A stretch of DNA of 64,000 nucleotides from Paraspadella gotoi (taxonomy: Eukaryota; Animalia; Chaetognatha), in NCBI GenBank assembly GCA_051294375.1, contig CM119264.1:29641182-29705181 (forward strand). Direction: 5' to 3'. Below the pieces are notes generated by a model, which was not told the origin of the DNA, did not search any database, and saw only the letters and a list, made by a program, of their open reading frames with translations. Positions 51,154-64,000 of the stretch are shown piece after piece (within the stretch, counting starts at the first letter, position 1; each line of letters begins with the position of its first letter). The position numbers and the translations under genes were made by a program.

Positions 51154-52570
51154 ACACTCTTCTTTTACACAAAATTTATTATTGAATGTTATATGCTGAT
51201 GAAGGCTAGAAGTAAACAAGCCAAAACATGTCCAACTATTAATCAAAAATCGTTGTTAAAAATTCAAAATTGTTTGCTTTCTCTGATACCAATAAACAAC
51301 AAAAAAGAAAGGATTATCGCATCAGGTTAAAGGTTTAAAGTTTAAGGTTAAAGATTCAGGGTTAAAGGTTAAAGGTTTAAAGTTTAAGGTTTAAGATTCA
51401 GGGTTAAAGGTTAAAGATTTAAAGTTTAAGGTTAAAGATTCAGGGTTAAAGGTTAAAGATTTAAAGTTTAAGATTAAAGATTCAGGGTTAAAGGTTAAAG
51501 ATTTAAAGTTTAAGGTTAAAGATTCAGGGTTAAAGGTTAAAGGTTGAAGAATACGGATTTGGATTTAGATTTAGGTTTTGGGTTAAGAATTAAGTTATAA
51601 ATTTCATATTAGATTTAAGCTAAATATTAGGGATAGACATAATTCTATAAAAATTTAAAACTAAAAATAAAGGAACAGAAAATGGGCACTTTTTGGAAAA
51701 GAGAGTCAAACTTTACATTTTTGACGTCGAAAGCAGAAAGAAGAATTTCGAAGCCACAAACGAAAATAAAACGATTTTTTTTTCTTCTTTATATTCGATT
51801 TTCCATTTGAAGGAAAATCTTCTTTTTTCTTGGGGGGGAGGAGGAGGGAAGAAGGGGGTTGCGATTTGTCTTTCCGTTGCCAAGCGACGGGAAGAGGATT
51901 ACGTCGAGAGTTTTATGTCATTGTGACTTAAGTTCGAAGGATCAGTGAAGAAATTTTAAAAAGTCGGTTGCCAGATCGGTTTAAGCTCACATAAAAGTTT
52001 AATTCCTTTTGACATTATTACTTTAAGGCCCAATCGTCTAAAAGCCATCAGCCTACAACTTAGGCTAAGATTAGGCTAAGTGGTCTTCAATCATTAAAAA
52101 AAATATATATTTGTGGCCGGGCACCGCATATTGTTCAGCCATTTAGATATTATGAGTTTCTCATTTACGATTTTCCAACTGCAATGATATCGATTATAAA
52201 ACTAGAGCAGAAAGTAATCTTACCTTTGCGTTGTGTAGATGCTCTCTCTATTTCCAAGAGACAACACTAACATCCCCATCCCAATAATAAATTCGAATTT
52301 GTACATTCTCGCTAATTTCAAATCGAGTTCAGCCCTATGGGTTCCACCCTTCCTCGGTCAAGCGGGTGAGGATCTAAACTTTCCCAACGCCTAACCTTTT
52401 TGCAAAATGAGTCTTCGGAATGGCGAAAACTATTATTTAACTTGATTAGAAAATTAAAATCATTCTATAAAATCGAAATCTTGAAAATAAAAAAAAAAGA
52501 AACCGGCGATTCACCTCCATTCTCATTCTCGCCATCTGATTGGTCGTCGCTGCCGAACTCGACGCCTGAT
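43900..52570. repeat. ~8.8-kb duplicated block, copy B
   Basis: Starts in the (GCC)n tract right after the 25-N gap and runs on into unique sequence at ~52570. Confidence 0.9.
44068..45032. mobile_element. Foldback/MITE-like element, copy B
   Basis: Same element as 35264-36234, inside the duplicated block. TGTGTGTGT on both flanks. Confidence 0.7.
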
Positions 52571-52671
52571 TCGTCAGTTTCTTTTCGGCGCCATGACGTC
52601 GATTCTCGGACTCGCCTTTTCTTTTTTCGGCGACGGAGACTGAGCCAACCCCGGGACCTAGAATTTGAATG

Positions 52672-52769
52672 AATGAATGACATGACATGAATGATGAATT
52701 GAATGAATGAATGAATATGAATGAATGAATGAATGAATGAATGAAATGAATGAATGAATGAATGAATAA

Positions 52770-52809
<40 letters not shown>

Positions 52810-52830
52810 ATATAAATAAATAAAAAAAAA

Positions 52831-52889
<59 letters not shown>

Positions 52890-52923
52890 ATATAAATAAC
52901 TAAATAAATAAATAAATAAATAA

Positions 52924-52959
<36 letters not shown>

Positions 52960-53070
52960 AAATAAATAAATAATAAATTAAATAAATAAATAAATAATAA
53001 ATAAATAAATAAATAAATATATTAATTAATTAATTAATCATTAAGTAAATAAATAAATGAATGAATGAAG
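52672..53070. repeat. (TGAA)n/(TAAA)n compound microsatellite
   Basis: Direct inspection. Confidence 0.9.
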
Positions 53071-54570
53071 TAATAATAAATGAATTTACTAGCTGATCTC
53101 CTATTTAGTAATATTGAAGTAACTAGTTTACGTTAAAATTTCATACCAATATCTCACGTCACAACCACGTCACAACAAGATTTACAAAATAATTATTTTG
53201 AGCCTTTTTCTAGGCCTTACCATTAGCCTCACCGAGAGCTTTATTCATGGCCTTACCCATCGACTGCAGTGGGTGAGTCTCTCCCGAATCCCGATTTCTG
53301 CTGTGAAGAGAATGCCGATGCTGTCGGCCGATTCCGACCTGCGTATAGCCAATTTAAATAAATTTTACATATTAATTGTATTATAATAAACATATTGAAT
53401 TGATAATAATAATTATTCAATTTTTTTTCGCATTTAATGGCTAACCTAATGACAAACTAGTCGCATTTAAAATTTTAATAAGCGGAATCAGTCGTTGCTA
53501 TTTTGTCAATAATCTTAGGTTGTTTTTTATTTCAAAGAGTGCAGCACGTAGTTCAAAGGCCGGAAAGGTTGAATTATTCAACAAAGGAACAGCGTCTTTT
53601 CAGAAATAAAATAATCTCCATGTTTCATGAAACTTTAAGGGCCATCAATGTGAGTTATTATTGAACTTTTTCATTGTTAATAAAGTAAAGATGGAAAAAA
53701 TCGATTTTAAACGTCGCTCTTAAAATTGTAGTAGTAAACTAAATGTCGCTAAATAATCGAGTTTTAATGTTTATGATTTGAAAAATACAAAAAATAATAA
53801 AAAGTAAAATTAAAGTCTAACTGATATTCTAGTGATAGACTTCGAGAAACTATTTAGATATATCTTTTTTAACTCTCTTTAATAATTTTTTTCAAACCTC
53901 CGCTATTCGTAATTATTTACCTACGTATCTATCTATAAAAATTATAATAAGAATTTAGAAAAGTTTTCAAAGAACAAATAGTTTGGGATTTTATTTTATA
54001 AAATAGGAAAATGACTATTAAACTATGGCGCGAGGTTCGTAAATATCATAAACCACCGAAGTTCATCAAGGTTCATATACAATGCATACAATTGCATAGC
54101 ACTTTTACAGGTGTCTTTTGTACCATAGCACACAACTCGACACATCAAAGTATATATTTCAAGGGATATGATTGTTTAAAAAAAAATCGGGTATGTTTTT
54201 TTTTTCTGATGAGCATTTTAAATGGGTCAGAAATAAGCAGAAAATTGTACAATGGTATAATTAAATATATTGGAGCACTTTGTCATCGCCAGTAAACCAT
54301 TTGCTATAGCTTTTTCAAAAAACGATTAAAAAAAAAGCGATGGATTGAAAAATAATATAAAAAAAAGATAAAATTTAAGCATTACGAGTTTTAAAAATAA
54401 ATTATACGTAAGCAATGATTGTAATGATCAACAATCTAATTTACTTTGGAGCAACTAAATCGAATAGTTCTTTGTCCCTACAACCCTCAATTTCTAAATT
54501 AGCAAGAATTGTCCCAGTTCCTCCTCCTCCTCCTCCTCTTCCTCCTGCTCCTCCTCTCCGCTCCCCAAAT

Positions 54571-56679
54571 CTACGTTTCCAAAACGTGCTTAAGGTAAGA
54601 AATGTAGCAAATGGCCAAACGCAATATTTCGATCTTTGACAGTTTCTTGTCTGGCGGCAAAGTCGGCAGCAGTTTCCGAAGTTCGGTGAAAGCTACATTG
54701 AATGCCTCTACACGTAGTCGCTCACGGGTCGCGTGAGCCGTGCGGTATTTCGTCGTGGCGCGGCGGCGCCGGCGGCGTTCTTCGCGCGAGAGGCCAACCT
54801 GAGAGAAGGGAAAAGGTAAGGTTAAGGTGAGGGTCGACTTGTTTTACCTGAAAGGTTAGGGAAAGGTCAATGAATTTTTTTATGTAAAAAGTTAGCAAAA
54901 GTAATAGGTTTTACCTAATTTTTCGACTTTATGAAATTGGTACAACCAATATAAAAATTATCCATTCATTTAATAAATAAGTTATCTTGCCCCTGACTTT
55001 GGACAGGCTTTGGTGGTTTAAGGCCTCCATCACTCTTACAAGATAATGACATAGCAGGTCCCTGCAAGCTTTCAATCAAGACTCTCTCACAGTCTCGCCT
55101 ATTCACTCCCAGAGTACCTGGCTTCCCTATCAATGAAGTGGAAAATATTTCAAAGAATGTTTCAATTGTATGAAAAGACCATTATCTTGACTTTTGGATA
55201 ACATCATTATAGATCTCATACTTTATGATAAAGTCAGTTGCAATCAATATAAATTTAGTTATTCACATTATTAACTAACTATATAATAGATATTCCTTCT
55301 TTCAATTTGTTAGTTTGTTTCTGAAATTGTTTTTAAATTTTATTTGTCCAAACATTAGGATATATGGTCCGTCTAAAGTCATGAAGGGAGATTTTAAAAA
55401 ATATTTTTATATTGGTTCCACCGATTTTGTATATTGTAAAGTAGGACATCATCTATTAAATCCAAAAATAATCATATGAGGTAAAAATCAGGTAGAAAAG
55501 AAGAGGTCAGGTACTCTGGGATTGAATAAACGAGACTGTGAGAGAGTCTTGATTGAAAGCTTGCAGGGACCTGCTATGTCATTATCTTGTAAGAGTGATG
55601 GAGGCCTTAAAACCACCAAAGCCTGTCCAAAGTCAGGGGCAAGATGGCTTATTTATTAAATGAATGGATAATTTTTATATTGGTTGTACCAATTTCATAT
55701 AAAGTTTCACTGCGAAAACAAATATTTCGTAGCCTATCACATTTTTTCTTGCAACGGGGCACCAAAGTTTCAATTTCATTCGGGATTCTTAATCGTTTTG
55801 ACATTAACTAACCCTTTCTTTCACAATCAATCACTCGACCACCCAATCACTCAATCCTTACCCTCACTCACCAGATTGACGGGATTATCTTCCTCGTCTC
55901 CCGGGTCAGACTTTGCAACTGGCGACGCCTCGGATTTGATGCTCGACCGTGAGGGTTTGTCCGAAGCCGATGAAGAGGAAGAGGGTCCTCCACCTCCACC
56001 TCCACCTCCTTCACACTCTTCCATCTGATTGGCTCCACCCAAGGGTTCCCTCTTCAACCCGGTCGTCGACACCGGCGGCGACGGATGTCGTTGCAGATTC
56101 TGGGTCAAAGGATGATGATGATGGTGATGATGATGATGATGATTATGCTGATGTGGTTGTTGATGATTTTGATGGTGATTCTCCAGCCTTTGAGCGACGG
56201 CCTCAGCGAAGACCGCGTTCTTCTGCTCCGCCAAATTGGCGTAGGACGAAGTCGCCGCCAAGATGGAGGATAGCGGGAGATCGGTGGCGAACGGCGGCGC
56301 CATTTGCGGCGGCGGAAGAGGCGGCGGCGGCGCCAGCGGCTCCAGCGGGGGCGGAGGCGGCGGCGGGGCGTTTTCCGAATTTTCCACGCCGCAGACGGCG
56401 TCCAGCGGCGGCGGCGTGGTCGAGATAATGAGTCCGCCGCCAACGTGACAACTCGTGGTCGTCGACGCTTCGCTAGACGTCGGCGAATCTCGCTCCTGCT
56501 TGATGGCGCCGCCGTCTAGTGCGGCGGCGCCGTCCAAACCGGCGTTAGAGACGGCGGCGTCGTCTTGAAGCGATGGAGGATGCTGTTGAAGATGCTGGAG
56601 TGAAGGGTAATGCTGGAGAGAGGAGGATGGATGGGGAGGAGGAGGAGGAGGAGGAGGGGGAACCTGTTGGAGCATCTGC

Positions 56680-56711
<32 letters not shown>

Positions 56712-57398
56712 ATGATGATGTTGATGGTAAAGATCGAACGTCGTCTCCAAATTTCCGTTCATCGTCGATTGATGTTGATGATGATGGTGATGATGATGAT
56801 GGGCTGCTGGAGGAGACGCGGTCTCCAGCGTTGCCATTGAAACGCCCAACATCGATGGTAACAACGACGACGACGACGACGACGACGAAGGAAACGAAGA
56901 GGAAAAGGAAGAAGCGAAATTCCCCGACGCCGGAAGATGGCCGGAAAAGAATCCGGCGCCCGGCATCGACGGAGGCGGACTTCCGGCATCGTCGCCCGAT
57001 GGCGGCGGCGGCGGCGGCGGCGGAGCCACGATCGGCGGCAGCGTCGGCGGCGGGAGCGTAGTGGCGTAGTCGTGATGTCGCGTGGTGGCGGAGTAGTCGA
57101 GATGAATGAAGGATCTGGCGACATCCATCGGAGTTTGATCCATGGAGGACGAAGACGACGACGACGACGACGACGACGAAGACGACGTCGAAGTCGCTGG
57201 ATGTTGAAAGAAAGCGGAAGAATGAAGGAGGGAGGAAATGGCCGGAGGTGGAGGCGGGGGTGTCGATGGAGAGTGGTTGGGGTGGTTGGGATGTTGAAGG
57301 TGGTTGGGGTGGAGATTACGAGACGCGATGATGGAGTCGGGATGAGGAAAGTCGAGCGGACGAAGGGAGAGGGAAGTCGAGAGGAGCCCTTCCTCCAT
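54571..57398 (-). CDS. NHLH: NHLH/NSCL (HEN1/2, HLH4C-type) bHLH transcription factor, 2 exons, 584 aa
   Basis: Exon 57398-55872 has 509 codons (poly-P/S/H/Q) and ends CTG|gtgagt, with an in-frame stop upstream of the ATG. It splices in phase 0 to exon 54798-54571: [75 protein letters not shown]. This is nearly identical to the NHLH1/2 C-terminal bHLH. Confidence 0.93.
54926..55705. mobile_element. Non-autonomous inverted-repeat element (MITE-like) in the NHLH intron
   Basis: ~195-bp near-perfect inverted arms (54926-~55122 and ~55507-55705) around an AT-rich core with no transposase ORF. Confidence 0.7.
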
Positions 57399-57594
57399 CG
57401 CGAGGGATTCTTCTTTGTTTTTTCTTTATGATTCTTTATGTTTTCTGTTTTGGTTTTTGTTGTTTTTTTTTTCGTCTCAACTGCGGGATTTTGGATCGGG
57501 ACTTGAGTCCTGGGTTGGCGGCGGCGCCAAGAGGACGCAGTGGACTGAAAAATTAACCGGCGCTGAGAAGTAGGAATTTATGGTCGGCTTCAAA

Positions 57595-57771
57595 GTCAAA
57601 GAGTCGAATTAATCGGCACCGCGACTGATTTACTAATTGGCGTTGCAAGCTGAATTCTGACGAGTCAAGGAGTCGAATTAATCGGCACCGCGACTGATTC
57701 ACTAATTGGCGTTGCAAGCTGAATTCTGACGAGTCAAGGAGTCAATTTAATCGGCACCGCGATTGGCGTTG
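57595..57771. repeat. 69-bp tandem repeat (x2.5) upstream of the NHLH ATG
   Basis: gtcaaggagtcgaattaatcggcaccgcgactgattcactaattggcgttgcaagctgaattctgacga starting at 57595, 57664 and 57733. Confidence 0.85.
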
Positions 57772-58816
57772 CTAATTTGTTGGCGCCGCAAAGAGACAGT
57801 TAATCAGAATCTTTTCCGACGAAAAAAAAATCGAGTTTTAGCGACGACGAAAGTAATAATATTTTTGTCTCTGGTTTCGCGATTATTTCGCGATGAGCGA
57901 CGAAGCAGAAACCAATTGGTTTTGCAGATGATTTATTACGATTTAAGCGACGGGAAAATGGAATCGCGTTCATCCGATTGTCTGATGGTTGAATGCAATA
58001 TTGTCTGGCAGTTGGATGTCGATGAATCTTTGATTCTCTCCTTTTACGATTGATTTTCTTCTCACAACAAATAAATGTTCTTCCTTATTTTGTTTTGTTT
58101 GTAAAGAAAACGGATCAATGACCCGAGACTCAGGGTCAAAAGTTTTTCTCCTTAGACTTTTTTTTCTGTATCTGAATCCAAAGCGACCATCGGCATCCCT
58201 CCAACAGCTCGTCGTCGGCGGGAGAAGGAAGAAAGAGTCCGTATCGAAGAAATCCCCTAATGGAGTAATTTCACGGAATAATATTTTAATAATAATAATA
58301 ATATAATATAAAAAAATATCTGACAAATGAATAACAAAAGTGCATATGATAATATTTAAAGGTTAGAAAGAAAATTGTAATTATAAATTAAAATTGATTT
58401 CAATTTTAATTAAATAGGTCTTTAATTAATTTTAATTTTAATTAAAATGGGTAAATTTGGTCTATCGGCAAAATATAAACTAATGTATTATGGTTAATAT
58501 ACAATATAATACTATATATAATATGCAATATATTATATAGACTATATAGTTTTATAAATGTTTATAATATTATTTACCTGTTGAACAAATCTTTCTTGAC
58601 AGAAATTTGCGATTTCTTTTTTTTTCAATCAAAACAAAAAAGTAGCGGCGTTCCTTAAATCGGAGACGGCGTCTTTTGCTAACCGTTGTCGTTTTGACTC
58701 AAAGCGGCGTCGTTGTGAACTAAATCGAGCGCCTTGGACGAATGAGCGGCGTCGAAAAACAAGACGTCTAAGAGGATCAGGCGGCGCCGCGACGACGACG
58801 ACGATGACGACGACGC

Positions 58817-58901
<85 letters not shown>

Positions 58902-58996
58902 CTCTCTCTCCACGCGCGCTCTTTTGTCACTGACTCCAAAGTCGCGCGTCGCAACAAGAGAACAAGAAAAGGACCCAGGCGCCGCCAACGATGGAA

Positions 58997-59029
<33 letters not shown>

Positions 59030-59516
59030 GAGGAAGAAGATATGACGGAGGAAGTCGTCGAGTTGAAATTACGCGAACAAAAGAAGGAACGAACGAAAAA
59101 AGAACAAAAGAACAAAGAAAAACAATGGCATGACAACAAGTTTTAACGACAAAAGAACAGCAAGATATCAACAGAGAATTTACTAGTTTGAACTAAGTTG
59201 TCTATCTGAGTTAGGTTTTAAGTGAAAACTTGAATAAACTAAATTGTTTATAAATTGATTATATATCTATATACATTTTTCGATATTTATTTATAGTTAA
59301 TATATATTTATTATACAAATATTATTTATTAAAAGAGGACAGTTTACGTAATCGTAGCTCTAACAAAGAAACTTCCAAAATATAAAATATTCAAAAAGAT
59401 AAAACACAAAATCCAAACGGATTTCCTATCCTAAAGTTACTCCCTCTCCCTCTCTCTCTCTCTGTCTCTCTCTCTCTCTGTCTCTCTCTAAGAGAGAGAT
59501 TCTCTCTCTCTCTCTC

Positions 59517-59615
59517 TCCCTCGAAACCCGAATCGAGAGAGTGAGCGTGAAACCGTGATGGCGCGACATTTCTCGCCTCTCGTCTCACAGTCCTACTTCC
59601 GGTCCACCCGGAGCC

Positions 59616-59666
<51 letters not shown>

Positions 59667-60792
59667 AACAATCTTTTCCATCAACAAAAATCCCTTTATT
59701 CGAAGTAAATGAATTTTGGACGCGAAAGAAAAAATGGGAAGAAATTATGGTCGCGTTTGTCCACACGTAAAAAAATTGCCTTCGTCTATGTGTGTGTTGT
59801 TAGGGGCGTTGAAAAATAACGATATACAAATCAAGTGAGGTACATAAGCTATTTAGTGTAAAAAAGTCGTAGAATTTGATGATGATACCATTTTTGTATA
59901 GTCTCATATCTTCTTTGTCGAAATGGCCGATTTTTGGCCAGCATAAAGGTGCTAATTAAAATGGAGCACATTGTAGAGTATAAAGAAACTCAAATTATCT
60001 AAGATTTTATAAAAAGCATATTTAAACTTACGATAATATAAAATAAAGACCGCATATAAATATTTTGGTAAGTTTATTACAAATTTTATATTTTATTAAT
60101 AGGTTTGTTAGCTGTAATTTATTAATAAATAATAATAAAAAAATAAGCTAAAGTGAAAAAATAAAAATTTAAAATTTTAAAACCAGATTTGAATTCCTTT
60201 AAAAAAGTTGAATAGAAAATATAATCCATTTTAAAAATTCTTCATAAGTTAGGTTAAAATATAACAACTATTATTTTTGTTTAATTTTTCAATTTTGGGC
60301 TTAAAATTATAGTTTTCTGAAATTTGACCTTAAATGACATAATTTTTGATTTAAAAATTATTCTTATATCAAACTTTTTGCAAAGAAATGCAAATCCATG
60401 AAAAAATCTTTGAAAATTATTATTTTTTAACTTTAGCCCAATTTTTACTCATAATTATTATAAATATAGTTAACTAACTTTTTATAAAACATAAAATTAG
60501 AATAAACTTACCAAAATATTTTTATTAATCTTATTTTATATTTCAAAACTCATATAAATTATAAAATTTATAATAATTGATTATCATAACTTACTACATG
60601 GTCTAATAAACTTTATATACAATTAAAACAACCTTTTATTTTCGACAAGAAAGATAAAATTATACAAAAAAATGGTCACACAACCACGAATTCTACAGAC
60701 TACATTACACAAAAATAGCTATGTACCTCACTATGATTTGTTATATTTTGTTATTTTTCAAACGCTCTGTTGTGTGTATGAGAGAAAGAGAA

Positions 60793-60874
<82 letters not shown>

Positions 60875-61665
60875 GGGAGAGAGCAGAGAGAGTAGAGAGA
60901 GAGAGAGAGAGAGAGCCAAAAAGGCCCGGGAATTCAGTTTATTTGCCTCAGTTGATGCATAAAAACGCTAATCTAACATAAGAAATGCAGACCACAGCAA
61001 ATATTAAACGTTATAGTTGATGCGGGAATGTTTAACAGTTCAACTGTTTAAATAAATTCCACATTTTTATAATATAATAATTGTTTTTTATTGCAAATTA
61101 AGACAATTTTGATTTTTCTATTATTTCTTCATTTTTCTAGAGTTCAATCGCCACATTTTAAACCGAACCGGCTACAATCTAGTTGAGTCAAGCCCACAAA
61201 AAAATACCACGCACCTCTGTAACCCCACCACAAACACACAAATCACACATATACTTCGACCCACATTAAATCCGTCCCGTAACAAAAATAAACGTCACGC
61301 AACCGATTTCGGTCCGGTTCGCCCCGTACAGATGATCCGCCGCTCCGGCCGCGTTCATTTTTTCTTTTTATTGTTTTTAATTTTAGTTTTATTTATAATT
61401 TATTTTTTATTAAAACCCTCAATTCTATTCCTTCTTTTTAGGGCGTCGTTTTCAACCTTCGTCGTCCCATTCGGTTTTTCGCTGTCGAGCTATTTTCCAT
61501 TTCTTTTTTCTTTTGTTCGTTCTGGATTCTTCCATTTTTTTTCTCTTGAAAAATAAAAGATGGTTTTAAAAAAGCGTCGAAATGGTGGGAAGGGACAAGA
61601 AAAAAGGGAAAAGAAAGAAAGAAAGAAAGAAAAGAAAGAAACAAATATAAAAATAATAAATATAA

Positions 61666-61701
<36 letters not shown>

Positions 61702-61866
61702 AAATAAAATAAAATAAATATAATAAATAAATAAATACAGAATAATACAGAAATAAATAAATATAAATATAAATAAATAAATATAATAAATAAATTAAAT
61801 AAATAAATAAAAATAAATAAATATAAATATAAATAAATAAATATAAAGAAAGAAAGAAGAAGAAAA

Positions 61867-61924
<58 letters not shown>

Positions 61925-62225
61925 ATGAAAAGAAAACTTAACACAGAAACATATCACACTCGAACGAAATTTAAAGAAATAGAATAGCGCCGTCTTTAGC
62001 CCCGGGCTCAGTTTCTCGAGCACCGGGGCGAGTGGCAGGGGGGCGGTCTTGTCAGTGGGCGTGGCTTCTTCTCTTTCGGAAACGTTTTTTTGTTTCGCTC
62101 GCGAACTTCGCGAACGAAAAAGTCGGCGACTGAAAGGTGAGAAATTAGGGAAGGATCACGATTCACCGATTCACGATTCACACGATGATGATGATGATGA
62201 TGGATGATCATGATGATGATGATGA

Positions 62226-62260
<35 letters not shown>

Positions 62261-64000
62261 TATGATGAGTCGAGACTGACAGTCGCAATATATGAATGAA
62301 ATTTTTTAGATTGAATTAAGAAGAGAAGAGTTTAAAAATATATTTAAATTGTAGGAAAATGTTTTGATATAACTACTTTGACGTTTAATTCCAATGATTG
62401 ATACAATTTTTTTGATTGATTTAGAATTATTTTTTGTTTTTTTTTTCATTTATTTTTTATTTTATTGTTTCTATCTTTTTTTTTAATTTATTTTTTTATT
62501 TATTTTTTTTTTTTTGTGATTGATATAAGTCGATTACTTCATTTACTACTAGCTACTTGATTCATATTATATTGATTGAATTATTAGCCGAACTCAGATA
62601 TTGATTTAATTGTCCCCACGATCCACGATTTCACGAATCGCAATCCCGACTTTCATGAAAAAAAAGAAAAATATTGGACTTTCTGGATCCCGTCGCCATC
62701 TTGGATTCGACCTCATCGCTCGAACCCTTTTTTCGACATAAGAAATTCTCCGCAGAGGGAAGGACGAGGGCGGGGGGCGGCTGGGGGAGGGCGTGCCCAT
62801 CCAATCAGAGGAAATCGAGACTCTGTTTCCTCGAATCAGGCTGTGGACCAACTGTGGGGACGAGAAAACGATCCGTGTGGACAATTCCGAGTGGGTATTG
62901 TCGAGTGTGGTTCGATTCGTCGGGAGGGCCCAACACCCTGGGAAGAGGGGTCGATCCTTGTTGGCCTGCGGACAGTGGTCATTCTCACGAAGACAGTGGG
63001 GACAGGAGGCAAATCCGTGTGGACAACTGTGAGGAAGAAGGGTCGATTAACGTGTGGGCCTTGCGGACCTGTGGGGTCCGATCCCACGTGGACAGTGAAG
63101 ACAAGAAGGCAAAATCCGTGTGGACAACTGTGAGAAAGAGGCGTCGATATCCACGTGGGACGGAGAGTCGACCCCGCGAAGGCATTTAGGAATTTAGTCC
63201 CCGCGTATTTAGTCCGTTAGGTCGAAAGGTTCATTCTTCTGGGAATCAAAAACCTTTTTTCTTCTTTATGGTTTTCTCGGTGGATCAAGACAATTCTTTC
63301 TCTCTCTCTTCTCATCCCTCTCTCTTCTCTCTCTCTCTCCTCTCTCTTCTCTCTCTCTCTCTCTCTCCTCTCCTATTCTTTCTTTCTCAGATGGAAGATT
63401 TTGTGAATTGCGTCGTTGGTTTTGGATTTTGTGGAAAACAATCGACGTTCATTTGAGGTCATTTCTTAAAATGGGACTTGGAAGATCATTGTCCCTCCTC
63501 CTTTTTCTTCATTTTTTTTCTCTCTTCAAAAAAAGCATCCTTGTACTTAAATTTTTCTTTCTTATCGACTTTTCAATTTTGATGATGAAATTTAGTTCCG
63601 TCAATTCTGTGGCCGAATTTGAGAATATCGAAATCCTCATTTTCTCAAGATTATCACGGATGGACTAATGGAATGTGTCAAGGGAAAAAGAAAGACATGA
63701 CGAAAACGCGTAACGACGACGACGACGCGACGACGACGACCGACAAGCTGATACGACGACGACTTCAGAGTAAAAAGAAAAATTAGGAAAATGATAAACG
63801 TGACGGGATATGACACAAAAAATTTCAATTTTAAAAGATGAAACATTAATGACCAAAAGAAAAAAAGTTCATATTGATATAAATAATGGCTGTGAGGCGG
63901 AAGACTTAAACCCGCCACAAGCTGTCTGTCGTTGCAAGCCAAAAAATAGCCAATTTGGTCTTTGAAACTTACAAAGGTCAAAAACGAAAACGCGTATAAG
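59517..64000. repeat. Duplicated block, copy C (partial, runs off the window, many indels)
   Basis: Begins in a (CT)n tract with ccctcgaaacccgaatcgagagagtgag, as at ~34990. Colinear to the window end (equivalent to ~39398). Confidence 0.9.
59801..60769. mobile_element. Foldback/MITE-like element, copy C (indel-rich)
   Basis: Same termini and internal sequence as 35264-36234. Confidence 0.65.

Overview
AT-rich, microsatellite-laden metazoan genomic DNA from a draft assembly. It has four N-gaps (three exactly 25 N) and stretches dense with indel errors. Four spliced genes were reconstructed by hand with GT-AG introns and consistent phases: a 4-exon Rab20-like GTPase (-; 14133-15448), an 8-exon SLC2A/GLUT hexose transporter (+; 16525-29870) head-to-head with it, a 3-exon TTC3-like TPR/coiled-coil/RING-H2 E3 ligase (+; 21195-25358) nested on the same strand inside the transporter's 8.6-kb intron 4, and a 2-exon NHLH/NSCL-type bHLH gene (-; 54571-57398) with a ~510-aa low-complexity N-terminus. 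Error-laden exons of a second Rab20-like paralog lie at 8.5-11.3 kb. An ~8.8-kb block occurs three times (35-43.9, 43.9-52.6, 59.5-64+ kb), probably at least partly assembly redundancy. The window also holds foldback/MITE-like elements, minisatellites, a phased E-box cluster and tandem repeats that copy splice-site sequences. Most short ORFs in the track are microsatellite or antisense artefacts. Family assignments rest on recalled motifs, not database searches.
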